NCBI GenBank assembly: GCA_902530985.1
Contig: CACACI010000003.1
Coordinates: forward strand, 3,516 to 67,515
Direction of reading: 5' to 3'
Source of the DNA: an uncultured Alphaproteobacteria bacterium
GTDB lineage: Bacteria > Pseudomonadota > Alphaproteobacteria > Methylaequorales > Methylaequoraceae
Length of the DNA: 64,000 bases
The notes below the pieces were generated by a model. That model was not told the origin of the DNA. It was given only the letters and a program-made list of their open reading frames with translations, and searched no databases. Positions 18,336-29,032 of this stretch are shown here, piece by piece. The translations under genes and the position numbers were made by a program. Each line of letters begins with the position of its first letter. Positions within the stretch are counted from its first letter, which is position 1.

Positions 18336-19664
18336 ATGAATAAAATATCAAATATAGCAAGTTTTACTGTAACGCAACTTAACAATTCAATCAAAAATTT
18401 AATAGAAAATAACTTTCAAATGATTAGTGTGACAGGAGAAGTCTGTCAGGTAAAGAAACATTCCTCAGGACATATTTATTTTTCACTAAAAGATGAAGAT
18501 AGTATCATATCAGTAATTTGTTGGAGATCTATTACTTCAAGTTTGAATTTAGATATTGAGAATGGAATAAAAGTAGTAATTAAAGGAAAAGTTACAACTT
18601 ACTCTAAACAATCAAAATATCAGATTATACTTCTCAAAATTCAATTTGAAGGTGAAGGTTCTTTGCTAAAAGTTTTAGAGCAAAGAAAAAAAAAATTAGC
18701 TGATTTAGGTTTTTTTGATCCTAAACATAAAAAACAACTTCCTAAATATCCTAATTCTATTGGAGTAATTACGTCTGAATCTGGTGCAGTAATTAAAGAT
18801 ATTATTCATAGAATTTCCGATAGGTTCCCCTTAGAACTAATTATATTTCCTGCTAATGTTCAAGGTGAGAAATGTTTAAATGATTTAATAAATGGGTTGC
18901 AGTATTTTAATAAAAAAAAAGGTAATTCTTCCGTTGATATAATAATGATAGCCAGAGGTGGTGGGAGTTTAGAGGATTTGATGCCTTTTAATGAGGAGTT
19001 ACTTATAGAAAAAATTTTTAACTCAGTAATTCCAGTGATTTCTGCAGTTGGGCATGAAACTGATTTCCCTTTATGTGATTTTGTTGCAGATTTAAGAGCA
19101 CCAACACCATCAGCTGGTGCAGAGATGATAGTTCCTGACAGAAAAGAGATGATGAAAAGAATAGATTATTTTTCAAAAACTCTTAAAAATATTTTTTTAC
19201 ATAATTTTGATAAAAAAAGCCTCAATTTCAAACTTTGTCTTTCAAAGATTCCTGACTTAACAGAAATTATTAACAACAATTTTCAGAACCTTGACTATAT
19301 TGAAGAAAAATTAGAAGTTTTATTAAAAACAAATTTAAAAAATATGAAATTATCTTTGTTTACATTTCTTGAGAGGTTTTCGCCTACTAAATTTGAAAAT
19401 TTAGTACAAAAATTTTCTTCTTCACTGTCTAGTCAAATTGAAAAGATGAATGTCATAATTAACCACACTTTTGTTAGTAAAAAAGAGAAAATAATTTCGA
19501 TGAATAGAGAATTATTAATTCTATCTTATAAACAAACTCTCAAAAGAGGTTTTGCTGTTATAAGGAGTAACAAAAAAATTGTTTCTAGTGATTCTGAAGT
19601 AAAAAAAAATCAAAAAATTGAGATTGAGTTTTTCAAAGATAAAACTTTTGTTAGGAAAATTTGA
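18336..19664 (+). CDS. xseA: Exodeoxyribonuclease VII large subunit
   Basis: It has an OB-fold N-terminus (VTGEVCQVKKHSSGHIYFSLKDE) and a catalytic core with IGVITSESGAVIKDI, ARGGGSLEDL and SAVGHETD. Confidence 0.9.
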   Translation: MNKISNIASFTVTQLNNSIKNLIENNFQMISVTGEVCQVKKHSSGHIYFSLKDEDSIISVICWRSITSSLNLDIENGIKVVIKGKVTTYSKQSKYQIILLKIQFEGEGSLLKVLEQRKKKLADLGFFDPKHKKQLPKYPNSIGVITSESGAVIKDIIHRISDRFPLELIIFPANVQGEKCLNDLINGLQYFNKKKGNSSVDIIMIARGGGSLEDLMPFNEELLIEKIFNSVIPVISAVGHETDFPLCDFVADLRAPTPSAGAEMIVPDRKEMMKRIDYFSKTLKNIFLHNFDKKSLNFKLCLSKIPDLTEIINNNFQNLDYIEEKLEVLLKTNLKNMKLSLFTFLERFSPTKFENLVQKFSSSLSSQIEKMNVIINHTFVSKKEKIISMNRELLILSYKQTLKRGFAVIRSNKKIVSSDSEVKKNQKIEIEFFKDKTFVRKI

Positions 19665-20461
19665 TGTTTTTATTTTTTGTTTTTATTCTAATTATTAGCT
19701 CGAATAATATTTATTCAAAAGATTTTCCAGATATATATGGTTGTTTTTGTGAAGGAGGAGTGATCACTGGTTTTATTTCAGATCATAATGAATTGAAAAT
19801 TAATAATAAAAAGATAGAACTTTATGAAGGTGGTAGATTTCTATTTGCTTTTGGAAGGAAACATGTTGAGAGTGTTAAAATTGAAGTAGATAATAATTCA
19901 AAAACATTTGTAGTATCAAACAAGGACTACAAAATAGAAAAAATCAAGGGTTTGCCTAGAAATAAAGTTGACCCTTCAGGTGATGAACTAGAAAAAATAA
20001 TATCAGAAAAAAAAAAAATTGAAGATTTAAAAAAAGTTGGCTCTAAGACAAAACATTTTGGTAATAAATTTATTTTCCCAGCTAAGGGAAGATTATCGGG
20101 TTTTTATGGTAGTCAAAGAATTCTTAATTCCAAACCTAGAAAACCACATGCTGGAATTGATCTTGCAGCCAAAGAGGGTACCCTTGTGATTGCACCCTCA
20201 TCTGGTGTAGTAAAACTTGTTGCTAAAGATATGTTTTTTACAGGTAACACAATTATTATCGACCATGGACTTGGGTTGATTTCGATTTTTGCTCATTTAA
20301 AAGATGTTTTTGTAAAACAGGGTGATTTTGTAAATCAAGGTATTAAAATTGGCTCAATAGGGATGACAGGAAGAGCTACTGGTCCTCATTTACATTGGGG
20401 TGTTTACTTACAGAGGGTTTCTATTGATCCTTTAACACTAATAGAGTACGAACTATATTAA
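19661..20461 (+). CDS. M23 family metallopeptidase (LytM-like), secreted
   Basis: A signal peptide is present. The zinc motifs are HAGIDLAAKEGT and GRATGPHLHWGV. Confidence 0.85.
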   Translation: MMFLFFVFILIISSNNIYSKDFPDIYGCFCEGGVITGFISDHNELKINNKKIELYEGGRFLFAFGRKHVESVKIEVDNNSKTFVVSNKDYKIEKIKGLPRNKVDPSGDELEKIISEKKKIEDLKKVGSKTKHFGNKFIFPAKGRLSGFYGSQRILNSKPRKPHAGIDLAAKEGTLVIAPSSGVVKLVAKDMFFTGNTIIIDHGLGLISIFAHLKDVFVKQGDFVNQGIKIGSIGMTGRATGPHLHWGVYLQRVSIDPLTLIEYELY

Positions 20462-21418
20462 AAATCCCAAATTTCGAATAATAGTTTCTTTTAAACGCTT
20501 ACTTTCTTGTATTTTTATTTTTAATCCAACTGGGTAAATATTTTGCTTGAATTTATTTGGAACTTTTACAAAATCCTTATCAGTGCAAACAACAGATAGA
20601 TCTTCCTTTTTAGCTTCATAAATAATTTTTTTTATTTCATCTTTTTTAAAAATATAATGATCAGGAAACTTCTTAGACTTTATAATTTTAAGTCCTTCAT
20701 TTAACAAAGAATTGTGAAAGTTTTGATTATTACCAAGGGCTGAAAAAACATATAGATTTTTATTTTTTAATTCTTTTACATTCAAAATCCTATGCCCTGT
20801 AAATAACTTTTCTTTAGATATATATTTATATTTTTTTAAAAATTTCTTTTGTCCTATAACTAATACGATATCGCTTTTTATAATACATTCTTTAATTGGT
20901 TCTCTCAACGGACCTGCAGGAAAAATTTGATTATTCCCAAAATCAAAATTACTATCAATCACTAGTATTCTAAAATTTTTTATTATGTCATTACTTTGCA
21001 AACCATCGTCCATTAAAATTAATTTGCACCCTTTTTGTTTGCAAAGTTTGGCACCATCAAATTTATTCTTTGCGACGCAAGTTGGCCCTTGTTTGTAATG
21101 CAATAAACTCTCATCTCCTACATCGTGAAATTTAGAATTTTTATCTACAATTAATGGCCCCCTTTTTTTTCCTTTATATCCTCGAGTGAGTACAAAAATA
21201 TTTTTTATATGGTTTTGGAGTAGTCGTCTAATTTCAATAACTGTTGGAGTTTTACCGGCACCACCCAAATTCACATTGCCAACGCAAAGAACTGGAACAC
21301 CGCAACACTTTTCCGACTTTACTAATCTATAAATTTTATTTGTTATATAATAAATAAAAGAAAAAGGCCTAAGTAATAAACTTACAAGATTATTGTTTTT
21401 CCAGATATTTTCTAACAT
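20453..21418 (-). CDS. lpxK: Tetraacyldisaccharide 4'-kinase
   Basis: It has the P-loop VGNVNLGGAGKTP and the family strings LTRGYKGK and ILMDDGLQ. Confidence 0.9.
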   Translation of the reverse strand: MLENIWKNNNLVSLLLRPFSFIYYITNKIYRLVKSEKCCGVPVLCVGNVNLGGAGKTPTVIEIRRLLQNHIKNIFVLTRGYKGKKRGPLIVDKNSKFHDVGDESLLHYKQGPTCVAKNKFDGAKLCKQKGCKLILMDDGLQSNDIIKNFRILVIDSNFDFGNNQIFPAGPLREPIKECIIKSDIVLVIGQKKFLKKYKYISKEKLFTGHRILNVKELKNKNLYVFSALGNNQNFHNSLLNEGLKIIKSKKFPDHYIFKKDEIKKIIYEAKKEDLSVVCTDKDFVKVPNKFKQNIYPVGLKIKIQESKRLKETIIRNLGFLI

Positions 21419-22662
21419 TTTAAGATACTACTTAATATGGATTTTGATTTTTCAGATTGCACTTTACAAAGCCTATTAAAATTTTTATGAGTCTGAATAT
21501 TTAATTTTTTATTTTCTAATATCTTAGATAATTGCTTGATAAGTTGATTTAAATTTTTAACTTCAAATCCAGCTTTTGATTTAAGAATTTTATTTCTTAT
21601 ATCTTTAAAGTTTTCCATGTTTGGCCCAAAAATCAATGAGCATCCAAAATTACGTGTTTCAATAGGGTTGTGTCCACCTTTATTACAGAATGAGCCCCCA
21701 ACTATAACAACTTCAGATAGTTTGAAGAATAGACCAAGCTCACCAAATGTATCAACAATCATAAATTTTTCTTTTTTAATTTTTATTAGACCCTTGGTTT
21801 GTAAAAGAAAAGATTGTTTTTTTTTTGTAAATTCTTGGGTGATTCTTTTTACTCTATTGATATGCCTTGGAATGATAATAAAAAAAAGGTTATTTATTTT
21901 TTTTGATAAAATATTATGGCACTCTAAAAATATTTCCTCTTCATTTTCATGCGAGCTAAATAAGGTTACAACTCTTTTGTTTTTGAGTTGGTTTTTAAAA
22001 GATAGGAATTTGTTTTTATCAAATGTTAATTCTTCAGACAAAAATTTAAGGTTTTCTATTTTTTTTATTTTTTTTACACCTAATTTAGCAAACCTATTTA
22101 TTGATTCATTATCTTGAACAAAACAACCATCAATCAATTCAAATACTTGTTTTGAAAAAAAACTTATTTTATCCCATTTAAAAAATGATTTTCTGGAAAT
22201 CCTAGCATTAAAAAGTGTTAATTTAATTGAGTTCTTTTTCAAATGATAAAAAATATTTGGCCAAATTTCAGATTCAATAAAAATTGCTGAACTGGGTTTC
22301 CAATATTTAATAAATTTTTTTATTACAAAATTTATATCTATAGGTGAATATATAAGAATATAATCCTTATTCATTTTAGAAATTAGATTGTACGAAGTTA
22401 TTGTAGATGTGCTAAATAGAATTTGTGAACCTGGATTAATTCTCTTTATCTGGTCAGCAATAATTAGACCAGTTTTTGCTTCTCCTATGCTCACACCATT
22501 TATCCAAACCAAATTTCCAACTGGTCTTTTCTTGCATCTTAATAGAAATTTTTCAAGAATACTATCTATCTTCTCCTTTGAAATTGTGAGTCTTACTAAA
22601 AAGAAAAAAAATATCAGTAAAGAAAATATATCTGAAAACAATCTATAAATCTTCATTAACAT
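21412..22662 (-). CDS. waaA: 3-deoxy-D-manno-octulosonic acid (Kdo) transferase
   Basis: It has an N-terminal TM segment, then WINGVSIGEAKTG (family WxHxxSxGE-type motif), and a C-terminal GT-B region GGSF...GGHNPIE. Confidence 0.9.
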   Translation of the reverse strand: MLMKIYRLFSDIFSLLIFFFFLVRLTISKEKIDSILEKFLLRCKKRPVGNLVWINGVSIGEAKTGLIIADQIKRINPGSQILFSTSTITSYNLISKMNKDYILIYSPIDINFVIKKFIKYWKPSSAIFIESEIWPNIFYHLKKNSIKLTLFNARISRKSFFKWDKISFFSKQVFELIDGCFVQDNESINRFAKLGVKKIKKIENLKFLSEELTFDKNKFLSFKNQLKNKRVVTLFSSHENEEEIFLECHNILSKKINNLFFIIIPRHINRVKRITQEFTKKKQSFLLQTKGLIKIKKEKFMIVDTFGELGLFFKLSEVVIVGGSFCNKGGHNPIETRNFGCSLIFGPNMENFKDIRNKILKSKAGFEVKNLNQLIKQLSKILENKKLNIQTHKNFNRLCKVQSEKSKSILSSILKC

Positions 22663-22664
22663 AA

Positions 22665-23345
22665 TTATTTTGTTAAATTATCTGACAATTTTGTTACTCT
22701 TTTTATTTCATTTTCGAGGATCTTTTTATTTTCTTCAGATGTTTTGTTTTGATCAAATTCGATTGGATTCCCCCAAACAGCAACAAATTTATTCAACGGC
22801 GTTACAAAGAGAAATTTATCCCATGTTCTAAGTTCTATTTTGTATTTAGCTGAATAACTAAGTGGAAGAACAGTTACTCCAGTTTTTTTTAGCAGTGACA
22901 TTAGCCCCTCTTTAATTTCCTCATTAGGTCCTTTTGGTCCATCTGGTGTGATTCCTAAAATACTATTTTTTTTGATTAGATTTATAATCTCTTTCAATGA
23001 AGATATATTTTGCTTTCTTGAGGATCCAGTAATAGTATCGATCCCTAGATGGGACACTGCATTAGAAAATATTTTCCCATCTGAGTGTCCAGAAATCAGC
23101 ATTTTGAAATTATTTTGCCAATTCCAACAAAATGCAGCCATGAGAACTCTACTATGCCAGAAGCAAATTATAATACTTTTATTTTTATTAATTTGTTTCT
23201 GAACAATTTCAGTATTCTTTGTATGCCAGATTGAGGTTTGAAAACAGATTTTTAAATATAAAGCAATAATCCATCCAAAAAAAAATTGAGAATATCTATG
23301 TTTTAATAATTTTTTTATCATCTTTTCTTTTAAATTGTAAATCAT
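22665..23345 (-). CDS. DUF374 / lysophospholipid acyltransferase-like protein
   Basis: The motifs are CFWHSRVLM, SGHSDGKIFS and ITPDGPKGP. Its position between msbA and waaA is typical in alphaproteobacteria. The start is ambiguous (23345 or 23321). Confidence 0.75.
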   Translation of the reverse strand: MIYNLKEKMIKKLLKHRYSQFFFGWIIALYLKICFQTSIWHTKNTEIVQKQINKNKSIIICFWHSRVLMAAFCWNWQNNFKMLISGHSDGKIFSNAVSHLGIDTITGSSRKQNISSLKEIINLIKKNSILGITPDGPKGPNEEIKEGLMSLLKKTGVTVLPLSYSAKYKIELRTWDKFLFVTPLNKFVAVWGNPIEFDQNKTSEENKKILENEIKRVTKLSDNLTK

Positions 23346-25098
23346 GTAAATGTCTGTAAATTTTAGAACTTTTCATTAAACTTTTGTGTTTACCAATATC
23401 TATAATTTCTCCATTATTCATGATTACAATTCTATCTGCATCCATAACTGTCGACAACCTGTGTGCAATTATAAGAGCAGTTTTATTAGATAGAAGTTTT
23501 GTTATTGAATCTTGAATTTTCTTTTCAGATTTTGAGTCCAGGGAAGATGTGGCTTCATCTAAAAGTAGAAATGGGGAGTTTCTTATAAATGCTCTGGCAA
23601 TAGCTATTCTTTGTTTTTGACCACCTGAGAGTCTAGTTCCATTTTCACCCACTAATTCATTAAAACTATTTGGCAGTTTATTAATAAATTCATCACAATT
23701 TGCTTTTTTACTTGCTACTTTCAGGTCATTATCATTATATTTTTTAGCTCCATAGCAAATGTTATATTTTATTGTTTCGTCAAATAAGACTATATCTTGG
23801 CTTACCATAGAAAAATAATTCCTTAAAAAACCAAAACTTAGCTTTTTGATATCAGTTCCAGAGATTTCTATTTCTCCTTTTGAAGGGTCAAAAAACCTTG
23901 GTAATAGATTCATCAAAGTAGTTTTTCCTACACCGGAGTATCCAACCAACGCTATTCTTTCACCACTAAAAATTTCTAGATTTATATTTTTTAAAACAAA
24001 TTTTGTTGAGTTTTGGTATCTAAAAGAAAGTTTAGATATTTTTAAATTATTTTTTGATTTTAAATTTATAAATTGATCACTGGGCACTTTAACTTCTTTA
24101 ATTAAAGGCTTCTGATCTAAAATCTCAAATACCCTTTCAGCTGAAGCCATGGCGATTTGTAAAGTTGCATTTAAACTAGCTAGCGACTTAACAGGCTGAT
24201 ATGCCATAAGAAGAGCTGTGAGAAATGAAAAAAATGTTCCTGGTGTTGTTTGATCTAAAATTACTTGGCTTCCTCCAATAAATATAATTCCTCCAATAGC
24301 TAATCCACTTAAAATTTCCATTAGAGGTCTGGCTATGGAATTCACTTTAGTTGACTTGTATGTAAGGTCAAAAATATTTTGAATTTCCTTTTCAATTTTG
24401 TTTGACTCGAAATTCTCTGAATTAAATGCCTTAATTGTTTTAATAGCTGAAAATGATTCTGACAACTTTGAGGTCAACTGACCAAAACCTATTTGCGTAT
24501 TTTTTGAAATTTTTCTTAATCTCTTTCCAATTCTTCTAATCGGGTAAATAGCTACTGGAAAAACTAATAATGCCATAAATGCTAGCTTTGTATCATGATA
24601 GAACATGACTCCAATTAAGAAGATGAAAGTTAGAAAATCTTTTATAATATTAATAATTACATTATGAACACCTCTCGATAAAGCTCCAACATCTGCAATA
24701 AATCTAGAAACAATTGTTCCGGAATTAATTTGACTATGATATGCTAAATCAAACTTAATTGCAGAATTAAACATTTCATTTTGAATGTCTGCTACAAGTT
24801 TGTAACCAATAAAACTCATAAGAATTGATTGGAAATATGATGCAAACCCTTTAATTATAGCTATAAATATAATTGCTATAGGAATTAAGATTATCAAAGT
24901 CTGATTTTTATTTATAAAAATTTCGTCAAGAACAGGTTGCATCATCCATGCATTAATAGCAGTTGCAGCAGCAACAATGACCATGCAGATTATTGAGAGG
25001 GTTAGTTTAAATTTATGTTTTTTTACATAATCTAGAAAAAGACGTTTAAGAAGATTAAATGTTTTCTTTTTTGTTTTGTTATTCATTGAATTTAACAC
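23296..25098 (-). CDS. msbA: Lipid A export ABC transporter (fused permease/ATPase)
   Basis: It has a six-TM exporter domain, Walker A GYSGVGKTT, signature LSGGQKQR and Walker B LLLDEATSSLD. It sits in a cluster with lipid A genes. Confidence 0.88.
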   Translation of the reverse strand: MLNSMNNKTKKKTFNLLKRLFLDYVKKHKFKLTLSIICMVIVAAATAINAWMMQPVLDEIFINKNQTLIILIPIAIIFIAIIKGFASYFQSILMSFIGYKLVADIQNEMFNSAIKFDLAYHSQINSGTIVSRFIADVGALSRGVHNVIINIIKDFLTFIFLIGVMFYHDTKLAFMALLVFPVAIYPIRRIGKRLRKISKNTQIGFGQLTSKLSESFSAIKTIKAFNSENFESNKIEKEIQNIFDLTYKSTKVNSIARPLMEILSGLAIGGIIFIGGSQVILDQTTPGTFFSFLTALLMAYQPVKSLASLNATLQIAMASAERVFEILDQKPLIKEVKVPSDQFINLKSKNNLKISKLSFRYQNSTKFVLKNINLEIFSGERIALVGYSGVGKTTLMNLLPRFFDPSKGEIEISGTDIKKLSFGFLRNYFSMVSQDIVLFDETIKYNICYGAKKYNDNDLKVASKKANCDEFINKLPNSFNELVGENGTRLSGGQKQRIAIARAFIRNSPFLLLDEATSSLDSKSEKKIQDSITKLLSNKTALIIAHRLSTVMDADRIVIMNNGEIIDIGKHKSLMKSSKIYRHLHDLQFKRKDDKKIIKT

Positions 25099-25864
25099 AT
25101 AGTTTCTTCACAAGTTTATTATTTGAGGCAATAACAGATTCAATTTTCATTAGGTTACTATTATAGACAATTTTTTTACCCGAGATATTTGTAATGATAC
25201 CGCCAGCTTCTTTTAAAATTAAATCCGATGCTGCTAAATCCCAATCGTTTTTTTTGGTAAAACTTATTGCGACATCTATTTGGCCCTTTGCAACTAATGC
25301 AATTTTGTAGGCAATGGAACCCATTTGGATAATGTTTTGTTTATCAAAGAAATTATACTTTTCAAGTTTTGCAACCTCTGAACTACTAATACCGTACTTA
25401 GACGAATCTATGTTTTGATTCTTTTTTACATGAATTTTTTTACCATTACAGAATGCACCATTGTTTTTTTTTGCAAAAAAAAGTTCTTTAGTCTCAGGAT
25501 TTAATATGTAACCCATAATAGGTTGATTCTTGTTAATAAGAGCTAATGATATTGTATATTCTGGCTTTCCGTTTATATATGATCTAGTTCCATCAATCGG
25601 GTCTAGACACCAAAAATAATCTGAAGTAAATCTAGATTTATTGTCTTCGGTTTCCTCTGATACCCATCCGAAGGATGGGGTTTCTTTTTTAAAAAATGCT
25701 TTTAAAAAACTATCAATAGCTATATCTGCATTTGTAACTGGTTGATCTTTTGATTTGTATTTTACTGAAATTTCTTTTTTATATTTTTTCGCAAGAATCC
25801 CTGCCTTTAAAATTGCTCTCTTTGAAAAATCTTCAATATAGGAAGGAAATGCACTTTCAGTCAA
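25079..25864 (-). CDS. Inositol monophosphatase family protein (CysQ / 3'(2'),5'-bisphosphate nucleotidase-like)
   Basis: The metal-binding motifs are WVSEETED, WCLDPIDGT and NDWDLAA. Confidence 0.8.
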   Translation of the reverse strand: MTESAFPSYIEDFSKRAILKAGILAKKYKKEISVKYKSKDQPVTNADIAIDSFLKAFFKKETPSFGWVSEETEDNKSRFTSDYFWCLDPIDGTRSYINGKPEYTISLALINKNQPIMGYILNPETKELFFAKKNNGAFCNGKKIHVKKNQNIDSSKYGISSSEVAKLEKYNFFDKQNIIQMGSIAYKIALVAKGQIDVAISFTKKNDWDLAASDLILKEAGGIITNISGKKIVYNSNLMKIESVIASNNKLVKKLCVKFNE

Positions 25865-27205
25865 TTATTTTCCACCCAGAGTTAAATTTTTTACAAAACA
25901 AGAGGGTGCATTAACTCCAAAATTAAATTCAAGGTCATTAGCTGGAGTCATAGATAAAAAAATATCTATCAAATTTCCAGCAATTGTGATTTCAGAGACA
26001 GGATAAGATATTTGCCCATTTTCAATCCAGAACCCAGAAGCACCTCGACTATAATCACCAGTTGAATAATTTATTGAACTACCCATTAATTCAGTAACTA
26101 ACAATCCTTTTTTCATGGATTCTATCATTTCTTGCTTAGAGGGTTCACCATTTTGCATATAAAGATTAGAAAATGAAACTCCAGGAATAGAGGATACAGA
26201 TCTTGAGGCATGCCCTGAGGGTTGGTGGTTTAATTCTCTTGCTGAGCTGAGTGAGTTAAAGAAAAATTCGAGACGCCCATTTTTTATTAAATATTTCTTC
26301 TCAGACTCAACACCCTCACAATCAGAAATTCTAGATCTCAATTTTTTTTTCATTAATGGGTCATCTATTATGCATACTTCTTTATTAAAAATTTGCTTAT
26401 TAATTTTATTTTTTAAAAAACTAGTACCTTTAATTATTGTTTGAGCGTTGGCAGCAGTGAATAAATTTCTAAGCAGACTTGAAGATACTTTCGAATCAAA
26501 AATTACATCTGATTTACATGTTTTTAATTTTTTAGAATTTAATTTTTTTATTGCATTTTTTGATACTTCTTTGCCAATTTTCTCAAAGTCACCGAGTTCT
26601 TTAAAAAATACTTTAGATTTATAGTCATATTCTCTTTCCATAGAATCTTTTGATCCTGCTAAAACTGCAAGAATATAATCGCTATGCGTTTTCTCCATTT
26701 CGATTTCCAGACCATTAGAACCCACAAGGCAAAATGAGTTTTTTGAATATGCAATTTCAGCCCCTTCAGAATTGGTGATTTTTTTATTTGCCAAGGCGCT
26801 TTCTTCTAAAATGATTACTTTTTCTTTAATTTGATTAACCGAAGGTTCAAAAGAATCACTTAATTCTAATTTCTTTAAATCATTTTTATCAAATTTTTTT
26901 ATATCATTTGATTTTGCTAAACCACAAAATTTATTTTGAGGAACAACTTTTGCCATCTGAATAACTCTTTCAATCAGTTGATCAATATTTTTTTTTTCTA
27001 AATTAGTTGTAGAAACAATTGACTGCCTTTTATCAAGAATGGCTCTAATACCTATCTCGCTCGTTGAGGATTGTTCAGTATTTTCAATTTTTCCAAGTCT
27101 GGATGAACAGCTAACAGTATTAACCTTTGAGAAGAAAACATCTGACTCCTTGCAACCCATTTTGTTTAGTTTAGAAAGAATGTCTTGTAGTAAATTTTTA
27201 TCCAT
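25865..27205 (-). CDS. pmbA: Metalloprotease PmbA/TldE
   Basis: It shows PmbA_TldD family architecture. The C-terminal strings are GDYSRGASGFWIENG and ITIAGNL. It lacks the HExxxH motif seen in the TldD paralog at 30660..32063. Confidence 0.85.
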   Translation of the reverse strand: MDKNLLQDILSKLNKMGCKESDVFFSKVNTVSCSSRLGKIENTEQSSTSEIGIRAILDKRQSIVSTTNLEKKNIDQLIERVIQMAKVVPQNKFCGLAKSNDIKKFDKNDLKKLELSDSFEPSVNQIKEKVIILEESALANKKITNSEGAEIAYSKNSFCLVGSNGLEIEMEKTHSDYILAVLAGSKDSMEREYDYKSKVFFKELGDFEKIGKEVSKNAIKKLNSKKLKTCKSDVIFDSKVSSSLLRNLFTAANAQTIIKGTSFLKNKINKQIFNKEVCIIDDPLMKKKLRSRISDCEGVESEKKYLIKNGRLEFFFNSLSSARELNHQPSGHASRSVSSIPGVSFSNLYMQNGEPSKQEMIESMKKGLLVTELMGSSINYSTGDYSRGASGFWIENGQISYPVSEITIAGNLIDIFLSMTPANDLEFNFGVNAPSCFVKNLTLGGK

Positions 27206-27263
27206 ACGATACTAATTTATATTTTAATTTGCTATAAATACAATATAACAATACAATTTTTTT

Positions 27264-27449
27264 ATGAGCTATTTTGTTGTAGGGGGAACATACAAAAACA
27301 CTTTATTCAAAGAATTTGAAGATGGGACAGAACAAGAGAAGTTTGGTCCCTTTAAATCATATGATGATGCGAAGAAGTTATGGGAAAAAATTTCTTGGGA
27401 AAATGTGGATAATTGCAACACACGTTACATTATCTTGCCTCATAAATAA
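27264..27449 (+). CDS. Small conserved protein, DUF4170-like
   Basis: This 61-aa protein (YFVVGGTYKNT...FGPFKSYDDAKKLW...NCNTRYIILP) resembles the alphaproteobacterial DUF4170 pattern from memory. Confidence 0.55.
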   Translation: MSYFVVGGTYKNTLFKEFEDGTEQEKFGPFKSYDDAKKLWEKISWENVDNCNTRYIILPHK

Positions 27450-28321
27450 TTTTGCAAAGCGATCATTAAAGATATTAAACCTCCATACAAAACATTTGAT
27501 TTAAAAATGTTTATTAATGGATTTCCAGTTTTAAATGCTTGATATTGAAAATATAAAAAAATTAGAATTAAAAAACTAGAAATCACAGCAACAGGTTTGT
27601 TGCTAAAGTTTGTAAGAAAAAAGATTAAAAAAAATAAAAAGCTTATGAAATAGATTAAAAATAGGTAATGATTTTTTTTCTCAAGAAAAATTGCCAAAGA
27701 TTTTAATCCTAATTTTTTATCATCTTTAAGGTCCTGAAAACCATATATAGTATCATAAGCTATTGTTAAAAAAACGCCTGCAAAATAAAGATAGAGTATT
27801 TCATAGTTGAATTTATTGGTTTGACTTAAGTTGCCCAGAATTACACCCCAATTAAAAATAAGACCTAAAACTAATTGAGGAAAATAAGTAATTCTTTTAA
27901 ATAAAGGGTAAGTGACAACAAGTGGCATTACTAAAAACCCCATAATGATCACAATTTTTTCAAATTGTAATAGTATTATTAATCCTAGAAAAAGTTGCAA
28001 AAAAACAAAAATAATAGCTTCATTTATAGTGATTAATCCAGATGCAATAGGTCTGTTTTTTGTTCTTTCAATTTTTTTATCAAAGTCTTTATCAAAAATA
28101 TCATTAATACAGCAACCAGCTCCTCTCATTACAAAAGCACCTATGCTAAAATTTATAAGGTAAAAAAAAAGATTTTGGTTATCACTTATATACGAAAAAA
28201 GTCCCCAATAGCATGGCCACATTAGTAAAAAAGCTCCAGATGGATTATTATAACGTCCTAGAATTAATAAATTCTTGCATTTTTCTTTAATTTTTTTAAA
28301 CATAACCTCAATTTTGTTCAT
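27440..28321 (-). CDS. ubiA: 4-hydroxybenzoate polyprenyltransferase
   Basis: The UbiA motif is GAGCCINDIFDKDFDKKIERTKNRP. A second Asp-rich region is YDTIYGFQDLKDD. It is a multi-TM protein. Confidence 0.9.
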   Translation of the reverse strand: MNKIEVMFKKIKEKCKNLLILGRYNNPSGAFLLMWPCYWGLFSYISDNQNLFFYLINFSIGAFVMRGAGCCINDIFDKDFDKKIERTKNRPIASGLITINEAIIFVFLQLFLGLIILLQFEKIVIIMGFLVMPLVVTYPLFKRITYFPQLVLGLIFNWGVILGNLSQTNKFNYEILYLYFAGVFLTIAYDTIYGFQDLKDDKKLGLKSLAIFLEKKNHYLFLIYFISFLFFLIFFLTNFSNKPVAVISSFLILIFLYFQYQAFKTGNPLINIFKSNVLYGGLISLMIALQNYL

Positions 28322-28327
28322 AAAAAG

Positions 28328-29032
28328 ATGCCTAAAATCAGAATATACTTAGAAAAAGAAATTATTAAAGATCAAAAAATTTTATTGGATAAAAAACAAA
28401 TGCATTATTTGAAAAATGTTATGAGAAGAAAAAATGGAGATTATATTTTAGCTTTTAATGAACAATCAGAATGGGAATGTAGCCTAAACTTTGAATCTAA
28501 TGCGAGTTTGATGCCTGAAAAATTTTTAAGGTCCCAAAATTACATACCTGATATTTGGTTGTGTTTTAGTTTGTTGAAAACAAAAAGTATTAATAATTTG
28601 ATTGAAAAAACTTCTGAGATTGGAGTTAAAAAAATTGTTCCCTTAATCACAGAGTTTTCAGAAAGAACAAATTTAAAAGTAAGTAGACTTAAAAAAATAT
28701 CAATTGAAGCCACTGAACAAAGCAACTCATTAGTTTTGCCTGAAATTACTGAAGTTCAAAAAATTACTGACTTACTTAAAAATTGGAATAACGAAAGACT
28801 AATTATTTTTTGCGATGAAAGTGGAGGTGATTCAATAATTAGAGCAAAATCGCTGGTAATGAGTTTTAAAAAAATTGCTATCTTTATTGGTCCAATAGGA
28901 GGGTGGTCATCTAATGACAAGAAACTTTTTAAAAATAGAAAAATATTTAGGACAAGTTTGGGTGAAAATATTTTAAAAGCAGATACAGCGGCTATTTATT
29001 CTCTTTCATGTATAAAGGCATTAATAGAGTGA
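28328..29032 (+). CDS. rsmE: 16S rRNA (uracil1498-N3)-methyltransferase
   Basis: It has a PUA-like N-terminus (HYLKNVMRRKNGD) and a SPOUT knot region (IGPIGGWS...LGENILKADTAA). Confidence 0.85.
   Translation: MPKIRIYLEKEIIKDQKILLDKKQMHYLKNVMRRKNGDYILAFNEQSEWECSLNFESNASLMPEKFLRSQNYIPDIWLCFSLLKTKSINNLIEKTSEIGVKKIVPLITEFSERTNLKVSRLKKISIEATEQSNSLVLPEITEVQKITDLLKNWNNERLIIFCDESGGDSIIRAKSLVMSFKKIAIFIGPIGGWSSNDKKLFKNRKIFRTSLGENILKADTAAIYSLSCIKALIE

Noticed and set aside
21617-22117. A 166-aa ORF on the plus strand, antisense to waaA (also 22388..22648 and 22948..23202 nearby)
   Set aside because: The opposite strand encodes well-supported lipid A genes. The antisense products are low-complexity and have no start context or family signature.
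27316-27504. A 62-aa ORF in an alternative frame overlapping the DUF4170-like gene and the ubiA 3' end
   Set aside because: The 27264 frame gives a product resembling a conserved small alphaproteobacterial protein. The alternative frame is basic, low-complexity and runs into ubiA.
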